This document shows positions 1 through 8,180 of a stretch of DNA of 64,000 nucleotides, piece after piece; positions within the stretch are counted from its first letter, which is position 1, and the number at the start of each line of letters is the position of its first letter. The DNA is from Candidatus Marinacidobacterales bacterium. GTDB lineage: Bacteria > Acidobacteriota > Vicinamibacteria > Marinacidobacterales > SMYC01. A model generated the notes under the pieces. It saw only the letters and a list, made by a program, of their open reading frames with translations, was not told the origin of the DNA and searched no databases. The translations under genes and the position numbers were made by a program. The stretch lies in contig CBDCYI010000011.1 of assembly GCA_965224085.1 (NCBI GenBank), positions 288,001 to 352,000 on the forward strand. The letters run 5' to 3'.

Positions 1-605
1 CGGCATTCGAGGCCCTTGAGCGCCGCGTGCGCGAGGGACGATTGAAAGCCCCCGAGAAAATCGGTGCCGCCGCCGCGCGCATACAGGCACGCCACCACGG
101 TCACCGTTACTACGACTGGGAGTACAAAAACGCTCGCTTCCGCTTCTTCGAGCACCCGGTCAACCTCAAGCGCGAGCAAGCCTACGAGGGTAAGTACGTT
201 ATTCAAACCGAGGAGCAAAACCTCTCTCCGGTCGACGCCGTGCGCCTTTACAAGGACCTAAACGAGGTCGAGCGAGCCTTCTCATGCCTTAAGGATGTCA
301 TTGAGATGCATCCCGTTTACCACCAGACCGATGAGCGTGTGGAGGCACATCTTTTCGTAGCTACGCTGGCCTTCCTTGTGCATCGGGCTCTTGAGAAAAA
401 GCTCAAGGTCGCCGAACTCGACCTGTCCGCAACCGAGGCACTACAAGCGCTACGCTCGGTCCGGCTCGTCGACTTACAGCTGGGTTCTGGGCGGACCAAG
501 CGCGTCGTCACGCGCGGCACCGCTCGCGCCAACTCGATCCTGACTGCACTCGGAATCGTTGAACGCGACCCGCCAGCCTTCTCCGAGGAGGTGCTGTCAG
601 CGTAG
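1..605 (+). CDS. IS1634-family transposase, C-terminal part (runs off the window start)
   Basis: Motifs EGKYVIQT, Y..L.EVERAF..LK and PVYHQTDERVEAHLFV..LA are typical of IS1634 (IS4-like DDE) C-termini. Confidence 0.85.
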   Translation, partial: AFEALERRVREGRLKAPEKIGAAAARIQARHHGHRYYDWEYKNARFRFFEHPVNLKREQAYEGKYVIQTEEQNLSPVDAVRLYKDLNEVERAFSCLKDVIEMHPVYHQTDERVEAHLFVATLAFLVHRALEKKLKVAELDLSATEALQALRSVRLVDLQLGSGRTKRVVTRGTARANSILTALGIVERDPPAFSEEVLSA

Positions 606-669
606 AGACAAACCGCGGATCTCAGTCCTTTGTTTATGATGACTTAGAGACCTAAAAGGGAAACATGGG
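1..669 (+). mobile_element. Right part of an IS1634-family insertion sequence
   Basis: Transposase followed by a short tail ending ...GGGAAACATGGG(669), near where the neighbouring Rpn-like ORF terminates. Confidence 0.6.
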
Positions 670-1150
670 CTAGGGCTGTGTAGAGCACATTGCTCTTCTC
701 AACATACTCTTCTGCCTTCAGCGGTGCCAGTCTCAAGCTCTCGTAGCGAAACCTCAGCCGCTCACGCCCCATGAGCGTGATTTGGAACTCCTCCTCTGTC
801 AGAGCCTGTCCTCCTCCGCGTAGAAACGGCACGATGGGAAGAATCGGTATTTGATGACGCAGCCAGAGCAAAGCGTGGTAGTTGTACATCCTTCGTTCGA
901 AATCCTGCTCTTGGGCCGCTTGGACTTCGACATGAACGAGAATGAGCTCGGCGTCTCCTTCGAGGGTTTTGATCTCAGCGACGACGTCGGCTTCCCGCCG
1001 TCTGCCCTCTGGAAGGTCCATGAAGAGCTCTTTGTCCAAGAAACGAAGCGTGTCGAAGTCGAGGCGCTTCTCTGCGTCCGGATAGAACATCTGCAAAAAC
1101 TCACGAAATAGGCCTTTCAGAAGATCCTTGAATAGTTGGTCGTGACCCAT
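644..1150 (-). pseudogene. Rpn-family / PD-(D/E)XK putative transposase-nuclease, truncated by IS1634
   Basis: MGHDQLFKDLL..F.EFLQMFYP, FLDKELF, ADVV..ILVHVEVQ and FERRMYNY; the C-terminus reads into the IS end. Confidence 0.8.
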
Positions 1151-1252
1151 CTGAGCTGTCTCCCTGTGCACAACAGACGACAAACTCAGGGACAAACCTC
1201 CTTTCCTCCTCCGATTTTCTTCCGGCGACCGGGTGTTAGAATTGCCGACGAC

Positions 1253-1313
1253 GTGATCGGCCAAACGCTTGCCCACTGCAAGATCCTGGAGAAGATTGGC
1301 CAGTGCGGAATGG
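1253..1313 (+). pseudogene. Ser/Thr protein kinase, 5' fragment (before IS110 insertion)
   Basis: GTG start, MIGQTLAHCKILEKIGQCGM = kinase subdomain I; continues in frame at 3953. Confidence 0.85.
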
Positions 1314-1354
1314 ACTCCCCACGCCGGATCAAGAGAAAACGTTCTTCGTAATAG

Positions 1355-2611
1355 TCATCCGCGATTCGCTTTTTTTGTGGGCCACCGGGAGGGGTCGTAA
1401 AGGGTTCCTTGTCGAAGCATCGCAATGGCGATGGGGAGAATGCGGTCCATGACGCCTCTGAGAGCTCTGGCATGGCTGTGGCCTCTGTCACGAAGCCGGT
1501 CGTAGTGTTCTTTGAAGTGGGGGTCGTGCAAAACGGCAGTGCGTGCCCAATGGTGGAGAGCATTATTGAGGGGCAAAGAGCGAGCTCTCCTCATCAGGAT
1601 CGTTGGTCGCAACTGACCGCGCTTGCCGCTCTTTTTTGTGACAGGAGCAATGCCGCCGAGAGTCCTGAAGGCGTTGAGATTACGGAGCCGAATGGGGTCG
1701 TGGGCATAGCAGAGCACGGAGGCGAGCACGTAAGCACCGACGCCGGGCAAAGAGGCAAGAATGGCAGGGTCGGAGCAATGCTCGTCGGTTAGTGCTTGCA
1801 CGCGCTTGAACCACTTCTCGAGATGCTGGTCGGAGGCACGACGATGTTGTCGAACGAGGAGCAACTGCTGGAGTAGTAGTTGGAGATGCTCGGCGGTAGC
1901 TTGAGTGGTTGCGGTTGCGACCCGGAGAGGTTTTTGTTTGAGGGTATCGAGGATCTTCTCGGGTTTTAGACGTCGGATGCGGTGTTTTTGAGCGAGGGTC
2001 TCAATGGAGTGGCGGCTAAGAGGGTTGGGGCTGGATTCGAAGAAGAGTTTTAGGAGCTCGCAGAAAAAAGCGTCGAGAGCCTTGTCCTTTGGCGCGAGCG
2101 AGACGAGGTGAGGCCAGCAACGAGTAAGGAGTTCTCGGATCTGCGAGCTGAGGGCCACATGGTTTTTGACGAGTTGGTCGCGGGTACTCAGCAACCCGCG
2201 CATAGCGAGGATCTCCGTAGGTGGGAGATGCAAGCGCTGAAAGCGGTGGCCGTCGGTTCTGAGCGAATCGGCGAGAACGAAGGCGTCTCGCCGATCATCC
2301 TTGGCGCCGCTCATAGAATGCCGGTCGCGGAAACGGTCGACCTGCTTGGGATTGATGGAGAAAATGGCGATGCCGTGGTCAAGAAAGAGCTCGACGACGG
2401 CCCCATGAGGTTTTTCGATCGCCACCGCGATGCGCTCGGTATCTTGCGAGGTCTCTTCCAAAAGCCAGTCGATGGTTCCCGATAGTCCTTCGCGGCTATG
2501 GGGGAAGCCTCTCTCCGCCAAGAAGTTACCTTTGGCATCGACCACACTGGCCAAGTGAAGCCATTGACCCAGGTCGATACCGACGAAGAAGTCGTATTTG
2601 AGTTGATTCAT
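1355..2611 (-). CDS. IS110-family DEDD recombinase/transposase
   Basis: FVGID, AIE, KDDRRDA (DEDD RuvC-like) and C-terminal SLPGVG..GIAPVTKKSGK with the catalytic Ser; start 2611 or 2623. Confidence 0.95.
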   Translation of the reverse strand: MNQLKYDFFVGIDLGQWLHLASVVDAKGNFLAERGFPHSREGLSGTIDWLLEETSQDTERIAVAIEKPHGAVVELFLDHGIAIFSINPKQVDRFRDRHSMSGAKDDRRDAFVLADSLRTDGHRFQRLHLPPTEILAMRGLLSTRDQLVKNHVALSSQIRELLTRCWPHLVSLAPKDKALDAFFCELLKLFFESSPNPLSRHSIETLAQKHRIRRLKPEKILDTLKQKPLRVATATTQATAEHLQLLLQQLLLVRQHRRASDQHLEKWFKRVQALTDEHCSDPAILASLPGVGAYVLASVLCYAHDPIRLRNLNAFRTLGGIAPVTKKSGKRGQLRPTILMRRARSLPLNNALHHWARTAVLHDPHFKEHYDRLRDRGHSHARALRGVMDRILPIAIAMLRQGTLYDPSRWPTKKANRG

Positions 2612-2636
2612 GGAAGAACTCATTTCCGCCAGCGCA

Positions 2637-2775
2637 TGTGATGTTTCATCGGCCCCTGTACTGGCGCTCGAAGCGCAACTCCCCACTGGATGTCCATCAC
2701 AAAAGAATTGCCGGCACGCATGTCCATTCCTGGCGCTAGGAGCGCAGGGCGACGTATGGCGTTGCCGGCAAGCTG
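2637..2775 (-). ncRNA. IS110 bridge RNA (target-binding loop about 2708-2771, donor-binding loop about 2637-2701); 5' end uncertain
   Basis: Two stem/internal-loop modules share the inner hairpin GCGCT-NNN-AGCGC. Guide segments match the target (2747-2755, 2724-2730) and donor ends (2678-2686, 2655-2661). Confidence 0.88.
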
Positions 2776-2818
2776 CTGACGAAATCGAAAATAGTCCAAG
2801 CTCATCGTGATATTTGCT

Positions 2819-3235
2819 CTACCATGGCAATCGGAGTTGTCGCGCGATGCCACGAGTTCGTGCTCGGTTTTTTCTCGGTAGTTTCGGGCGAAGCACGTCC
2901 GAGAGTTTTTCTCGAATGTAAAGAACATAAGGCGGGTCTAGATATTGACTTTGCACTTCCTGGAGCACAGGTGAAAAATAACGAAGGGAGCGAATGGGCT
3001 GCAGTGGCTCCTCATGTTCTTGTAGCTCCCTACGAGCGCAACCCAGAAGTAGGGCACACTCGAATTCGTGTAACGGGACTCCTTGGCGGTAGAGCTGCGT
3101 CGCGATGAAGCGGTCGTCGCGCCGTGGCCGCTCAGGTGTGTTCGGAATGGAAAGATAGAGGTCCAAAATCGTCCGGACGTAATTGTTTTCTGTCAGAGCA
3201 TCGCTCGTGAGCGGTTCATTACCCAGCTTCGACAT
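2819..3235 (-). CDS. IS110 passenger ORF B, hypothetical 138-aa protein
   Basis: Protein-like ORF (LYLSIPNTP..R.DDR..A; PIRSLRYF.PV..EV), overlapping the end of ORF A. Confidence 0.7.
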   Translation of the reverse strand: MSKLGNEPLTSDALTENNYVRTILDLYLSIPNTPERPRRDDRFIATQLYRQGVPLHEFECALLLGCARRELQEHEEPLQPIRSLRYFSPVLQEVQSQYLDPPYVLYIREKLSDVLRPKLPRKNRARTRGIARQLRLPW

Positions 3236-3632
3236 CCTTTAGCCTCCCGCGTCGGCCGCAGATACAGCATTTGGCATATCTGATACTGTCAATCTTCGTT
3301 TTCATTGAATGAGCCATCGGGCCACTAGCTTGAATTTCACGAACTCCTAGACTGCCAGAATTACTGGGGTGAATGAACCCTTGCTCCGTCACTATTTTCG
3401 CCGCCTGGCGTAGACGATAATTCTGTTGCCGAGCCGCGTGGAGTTTTCGTGAGTTGAAACCTTTCTGGTAATTTCGGTTATTTTCGCGCTGGTTCTCTCG
3501 CCGGGTTTCGTCACGGCAGGTTGGACCGCAGTAGCACTGTCCCTGGTAACATGACTTGCAGATGAAGAAAGGCATCCCACAGCTTTTGTTGCGGCAGAAA
3601 AGCCGGAGAAGAACGACAGGTTTGGTGGCCAT
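3219..3632 (-). CDS. IS110 passenger ORF A, Cys-rich basic putative Zn-binding protein (start 3632 or 3728)
   Basis: C-x4-C, CxxC, YC-x3-C followed by an Arg-rich helix and a C-terminal CxxC. Confidence 0.7.
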   Translation of the reverse strand: MATKPVVLLRLFCRNKSCGMPFFICKSCYQGQCYCGPTCRDETRRENQRENNRNYQKGFNSRKLHAARQQNYRLRQAAKIVTEQGFIHPSNSGSLGVREIQASGPMAHSMKTKIDSIRYAKCCICGRRGRLKDVEAG

Positions 3633-3790
3633 TCGGAACTCAGCAAAGTGCTGGACGATGGCCGCCCGGATGTGAGAGGCTAGCTTCAACTTGTAGTGGA
3701 GCGCCTCCTCCGGGGGCCATCCAAACATCAGAGCCCCGGTCGTTTGTAGCGGCTGGGGCTCACTATTGTCGCACAGCAGGTTCACCCTCT

Positions 3791-3867
3791 TCTTGCCGGC
3801 GCGAGACGATCTGACTGACTCGCGCCAAAGGCGCGAGAGGATGCTGGCCTCGCGCCAGAGGCGCGGG
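3791..3867. repeat. Tandem palindromic repeats in the IS110 left end
   Basis: CTCGCGCC-AAA-GGCGCGAG (3819-3837) and CTCGCGCC-AGA-GGCGCGGG (3849-3867), 30-bp period, plus a degenerate copy at 3791-3805. Confidence 0.75.
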
Positions 3868-3952
3868 ATGAGGCCTTGTACACAGACATTTCCTACCGAC
3901 TCTTCCCGCAACACACGCTTTCGCTGCACTGATGCTTCGGCAAGCGTACAGG

Positions 3953-4140
3953 GTGACGTTTATCTGGCCCAGGACACGAAGCTCGGTCGCAGGGTTGCGC
4001 TCAAGGTTCTCCCTCCCGCGCTGGCGGAAAGCGAAGCGCGCCGGGCTCGCTTCAAACGTGAGGCCAAAGCCCTCGCAGCCCTGAATCATCCGAACATCAC
4101 GACACCGTCTCGAGCGCTATCAAAGCGTGCGGGAGCTTGA
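3953..4140 (+). pseudogene. Ser/Thr protein kinase fragment (after IS110), truncated after HPNI
   Basis: [36 protein letters not shown]. Confidence 0.9.
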
Positions 4141-4259
4141 AGGTCGACGCGGGCGCGGTCCTCACCGCGCATTCGTCGGGATCGCTGACGTAAGGCGTCG
4201 GATCGTCCAACGGCCACACCATCACGATGGGCCTGTCGCGGATTAGCGGCGCGACCTAC

Positions 4260-4907
4260 TCAGTCCGCGGCGGCGCCGGTGCCGATGGCGCCCAGCGACA
4301 CGAGCCAGATCGAGAAGGGGATCGCTCCTAGCGGAAAGAGGAACGACCACCCCGAGTCTCGGGTGAGGACCGCGATCGGTGGGGCCGCGCCGTACACGAG
4401 ACCGCCGAGAATGCCCACGACGGCCAGGGGACGCGCCAACATCACCCAACGCCATCCGACGCGCCCAGCAACGACGGCAGAGGACCAACATAGCACCGGA
4501 TAGGCCACGACGGAGAGCATCAGGTGCGTGTCGAGAATGGGCGTCGCGCCGCCTGCCGAGAGAGCGGCCACATCCATATCCGCGATCAGATGGAAGAACG
4601 CTTCGACGGACCAGAGCGCGCTCCCTACGACGGCCCACGTCATCGCCCGTCCGGCCCGTCGGCGAAACGCGTCGTCGCGTCTGGCGAGGACGAAGGCGAT
4701 CACGAGGAATACGGCTCCCGCGAGCGTTAGCCAATGGGAGAGCGGCCAAGACGGATCCGAAAGCATTGCCACGAAGTGCGCATCGAAGCCGGCAGTTGGA
4801 TCACCTGGCGGGTGGTTCATGCCGCCCGCCACGAACAGCACCCCCGCCACGACCATCGCAGCCCGCCACGACCACGATTGGCCCGCCTTGGTGCTCGATG
4901 CAGACAT
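4260..4907 (-). CDS. Integral membrane protein (DUF4386-like)
   Basis: 215 aa with about 6 hydrophobic helices and an N-terminal HP motif. Confidence 0.65.
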   Translation of the reverse strand: MSASSTKAGQSWSWRAAMVVAGVLFVAGGMNHPPGDPTAGFDAHFVAMLSDPSWPLSHWLTLAGAVFLVIAFVLARRDDAFRRRAGRAMTWAVVGSALWSVEAFFHLIADMDVAALSAGGATPILDTHLMLSVVAYPVLCWSSAVVAGRVGWRWVMLARPLAVVGILGGLVYGAAPPIAVLTRDSGWSFLFPLGAIPFSIWLVSLGAIGTGAAAD

Positions 4908-5199
4908 GGTGCGAGGAATCTACCAGATCCTCCTTCTGATGGCCAATGCGTCGTGGAATTGAGGAATAGGAACTTTGACTCCAAGCACCTCGTGTACTGG
5001 CACGAACTGGAGTGCTCGGGAGTACGGAACAGCGGGATGGATGGGGAGAGTCCGTCCTAGGGCCAGCACCCCGGTGTTGTTTTGTGCCGAGGCGGTTCCT
5101 AGGGGGCGCCGGGCGCAGACGGGTATCGCGCTGGGACGGGTGCGGTGTTGTCAGGTCGCTGGTTGTGGCGGAGGAGCTCGGCGTAGATGGGCTATAGCT

Positions 5200-5663
5200 C
5201 AGCCCTCGCCGATACCGGTTCAGGCGCACCGTGGGGTACGGCGAGGACTTACATTCTGGGTGTCTGGGTCATCCCCGTCGAAGGTGTTGACGCTAGACAT
5301 TTGGCGACGCCAGGGTCTTTGCCAGATTGGTCGCCGGATGGGCGATTCATCTCCTTTCCTTTGAGGGTCCCCGCCGCGTCCCGGCAGATGGGGGAATCCT
5401 GAGCAGTTAGCGGAGGCGGAAGCGGTCGAGGGCGTACGATGGTCGAAGGATGGCCGCGGATCAATTTCTGCAGAAGCACCGATAGCGGAAGAAATTTCTG
5501 GGAGGTGTCGGCCGAAGGCGGGGCGGAACGAGCTCTAACCGAGCTCGAGGGCAAGCGAGGCATCGCGAATAGGTGGGCCCTGTCAACGGACGGACACTAT
5601 CTCTACTTTGTGTGGCAGGAGGAGTTCGGAGACATCTGGGTCATGGACGTCACCCAAGATTAG
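5200..5663 (+). pseudogene. Fragments of a TolB-like beta-propeller C-terminus (kinase-TolB type)
   Basis: PDWSPDGRFISF and STDGHYLYF..GDIWVMDV in different frames. Confidence 0.6.
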
Positions 5664-5688
5664 CGAACGCCACTCTCGCTCGCTTCTA

Positions 5689-5724
5689 TTGACTACCTAT
5701 AGGAGTTGTCGTGTACTCCTATAG
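5689..5724 (+). promoter_or_regulatory. Putative padR promoter with inverted-repeat operator
   Basis: TTGACT at 5689; CTATAGGAGT (5697-5706) / ACTCCTATAG (5715-5724). Confidence 0.55.
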
Positions 5725-5740
5725 TCTAGCTGTAGAAGTC

Positions 5741-5956
5741 ATGATGAGAGCATCGAAGACCGACGTCCCGCCTGGAACGCTCGAGCTCCTGATTCTGAAG
5801 ACTCTGTCTCTCGAGCCCATGCACGGGCTCGGCGTGTCGAAACGGCTCGAGCAGATCACCCGCGGCACGTTTCAAGTGAACCCTGGGTCGTTTTTTCCCG
5901 CGCTTCATCGTATGGAGCAAGAAGGGTTCCTGGAAGGTGAGTGGGGTCGCTTGTAG
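5741..5956 (+). pseudogene. PadR-family regulator (acidobacterial type), truncated
   Basis: GTLELLILKTL..PMHG.G...LEQ....FQVNPGS.FPALHRME..G; stops after EWG. Confidence 0.85.
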
Positions 5957-6357
5957 CCCCCGAAAGATTTAGTCTCGGCTTGCTCGGTACATTCGGGATG
6001 ACGGGGTTTCTCCTGGCGCTCGTCGGTGTATACGGCGTCTTGTCCCACGTGGTAAGCCTGAGGCGACAGGAGTTCGGTCTTCGTATTGCCCTTGGTGCAC
6101 GAACGGTGGAGATCGCACGCATGGTGCTCGCGCGGGGAACGCGAGTCGTCGCCTCCGGGGTCGCGATCGGTCTCGTCGCTGCCATCGGTCTCGCCCGCCT
6201 CATCGAGAGCCTGCTCTACGCGGTCAGCCCGACGGGTCCCGCGACCTATGCGATCGTGGCGGCGCTCGTTCTCGCGGTCAGTCTCCTAGCGTGTGCCGTT
6301 CCCGCCTACCGGGCTGCGCAGATCGACCCAATGAAGACGTTGCGCTTGGAGCAGTGA
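5950..6357 (+). pseudogene. ADOP-type ABC permease, C-terminal fragment
   Basis: GVYGVLS..V..RRQEFGLRIALGA ... PAYRAAQIDPMKTLR. Confidence 0.85.
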
Positions 6358-6526
6358 CGGCGAGACACACGACGAGCGCCACCCGCGCTGACGATGAGAT
6401 GTTACTGCTTGTCGTGAACTCGTCTCGCATGGGGTGTGCGGATACACCGGATAGCGAGCCGTTGAGGTCTCGAGTTCAGATGACGTCGATGCGCACCTTG
6501 CGTTCGCGCTCATTTGATTCGGCCGG

Positions 6527-7873
6527 CTAGATTGCCTTCGCGACGCTCACGATGGCTTCGAGGCTCTTTTCGACGTCCTCTTCGGTCGTTGCCCAGGACG
6601 AGACGCTGATGCGCATCGCGCCTCGGCCTCTCCAGTTGGTGCCGCTGCACCAGCACGTGCCCTCCTCCTGCACCGCGGCGATGACGCGCTCGGTCTGCTC
6701 GTCGCTTCCAAAGGAGACGAGCACTTGATTGAGCACGACGTCGTTGAGGATCACGTAGCCCGCGCCGTGGAGGCCGGCCGCGAAACGGCGCGCGAAGCGG
6801 CAGTGGCGTTCGATGAGCTCTCGCAAGCCCGAGCGGCCCAGAGATAAAAGCGCCGCCCAGATCTCTACGCCGCGGGCACGCCGCGAGGACTCGGGCGTGT
6901 AGTCGCAAGGCTGGCGCTCTTCGCCTTTCGGCAAATAGGCCGCTGTAATCGAGAGCGCTTGGCGCGCGGCCTCCGGGTCACGATAAAGCGCGAGCCCGTT
7001 GTCATAGGGTACGTTGAGCCACTTGTGAAGATCCGTAGCGATGGAATCGACGTCGGCGATACCCTCTGTGAGCTGGCGCGTCTCGGGCGAGGCCGCTGCC
7101 CACAGACCGAAGGCACCGTCGAGATGAATCCACGCCCCCGCGTCTCGTGCGCGTGCAGCAATCTCCGCTACGGGGTCGAAGCTTCCTGTGTTGACGTTCC
7201 CAGCTTGCAGGCAGACGATGCTTGGCGCACGTAACGTTGGAAGCTTGTCCGCCCGCACCCGTCCTTGTCGGTCGACGGGTACTTTGATGACGCGCTCTCG
7301 GCCGAAGCCGACGAGTGCGAGCGCTTGCAATAGAGTCGTATGGGCTTCGGCCCCCACGATGACTTGAACTTCAGGAGCACCGAAGAGTCCCTGCGCCTCG
7401 ACGTCCCATCCGACCTTTTCTAAAACCGCGTGCCGTCCTGCGGCCAAGCCGGAAAAGTTGCCCATGGTCGTCCCCGTGACGAAGCCGCCGCCCCAGCTCT
7501 TCGGTAGATCCAGAATCTCGCGAACCCATGAGAGCGCGGTGTTCTCGATCGCGGCGGCGACGGGTGAGCCGATGACAAAATGCGCGTTTTGATCCCACGC
7601 ACCCGCGAGCCAATTCGCGGCCAAACTCGCGGGGAGTGCTCCGCCAGTCACGAATCCAAAATATCGAGGTCCCGCATTCGCAATCGTGGCGGGCGATCCC
7701 CATTCGTCGAGTCGTTGCAACACTTCCTTGGGTGCGGTGGGTGCTTCCGGTAGCGCGCCTAAAAAAGCTCCCAACCTTGCGATCGCATCGGGTCTCGGCT
7801 CGACCGGGCGATCGGAAAGGCCGTTCAAATAGTTGACCGAGCGCGTGAGCGCATCAGAAAGGAGATCCTTCAC
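6527..7873 (-). CDS. Group II PLP-dependent decarboxylase
   Basis: PRYFGFVTGG, HLDGAFG, DSIATDLHKWLNVPYD (PLP lysine). Confidence 0.9.
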   Translation of the reverse strand: MKDLLSDALTRSVNYLNGLSDRPVEPRPDAIARLGAFLGALPEAPTAPKEVLQRLDEWGSPATIANAGPRYFGFVTGGALPASLAANWLAGAWDQNAHFVIGSPVAAAIENTALSWVREILDLPKSWGGGFVTGTTMGNFSGLAAGRHAVLEKVGWDVEAQGLFGAPEVQVIVGAEAHTTLLQALALVGFGRERVIKVPVDRQGRVRADKLPTLRAPSIVCLQAGNVNTGSFDPVAEIAARARDAGAWIHLDGAFGLWAAASPETRQLTEGIADVDSIATDLHKWLNVPYDNGLALYRDPEAARQALSITAAYLPKGEERQPCDYTPESSRRARGVEIWAALLSLGRSGLRELIERHCRFARRFAAGLHGAGYVILNDVVLNQVLVSFGSDEQTERVIAAVQEEGTCWCSGTNWRGRGAMRISVSSWATTEEDVEKSLEAIVSVAKAI

Positions 7874-7888
7874 TCTTCGATTCTAAAC

Positions 7889-7913
7889 AAAAAAAGGGGG
7901 CCCAGGGCCCCCT
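7889..7913 (-). terminator. Rho-independent terminator
   Basis: AGGGGGCCC-N-GGGCCCCCT inverted repeat followed by a T-run on the minus strand. Confidence 0.75.
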
Positions 7914-7938
7914 GTGTCCGGAGAGAAACGAAGGAAAA

Positions 7939-8088
7939 TTAATTGGCGCCTTTATCGGCGTTGGCCTTCTGATTCTTGTTTCTCTCGCGAGTTTTGGCGC
8001 GTGTTTGCGCGGCGAGGCGCCGAAAATAGCGCTGCCTCTCGGCCCAACCGCCGCGCCTTCTTCTGGCGAACATATTGTGTGCGTACAT
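7939..8088 (-). CDS. Small basic protein, 49 aa (absent from the ORF track)
   Basis: AAAGGT SD-like motif, ATG, MYAHNMFARRRRGGWAERQRYFRRLAAQTRAKTRERNKNQKANADKGAN, TAA, then terminator. Confidence 0.55.
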   Translation of the reverse strand: MYAHNMFARRRRGGWAERQRYFRRLAAQTRAKTRERNKNQKANADKGAN

Positions 8089-8180
8089 TGCTTGCTACCT
8101 TTGCTTTTTCTGTCTCTTTGTATGTTAGACGTACGAAGCGGGGGTAAAGTTCCCCTCTTTTTACGATAAGCTCCTCCGCT

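Larger units (their letters stand above)
1314..3952 (-). mobile_element. IS110-family element (2639 bp) with bridge RNA and two passenger ORFs
   Basis: Removing 1314-3952 restores GGA ATG GGT GAC GTT TAT (GMGDVY). A 2-bp core (CC on minus strand) is present at both junctions, with no terminal IRs. Confidence 0.92.

Noticed and set aside
2612-2686. N-terminal extension of the IS110 transposase (443-aa call)
   Set aside because: It overlaps the donor-binding loop of the bridge RNA; the conserved GID motif fits a start at 2611 or 2623
3791-3867. Possible mini-CRISPR array
   Set aside because: Only 2-3 units, spacers about 11 bp, no cas genes; no CRISPR array seen anywhere in the window
3766-4140. 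ORF-track 124-aa kinase-like ORF with a novel N-terminus
   Set aside because: The N-terminal half is IS110 left-end sequence read in frame; the true kinase start is at 1253
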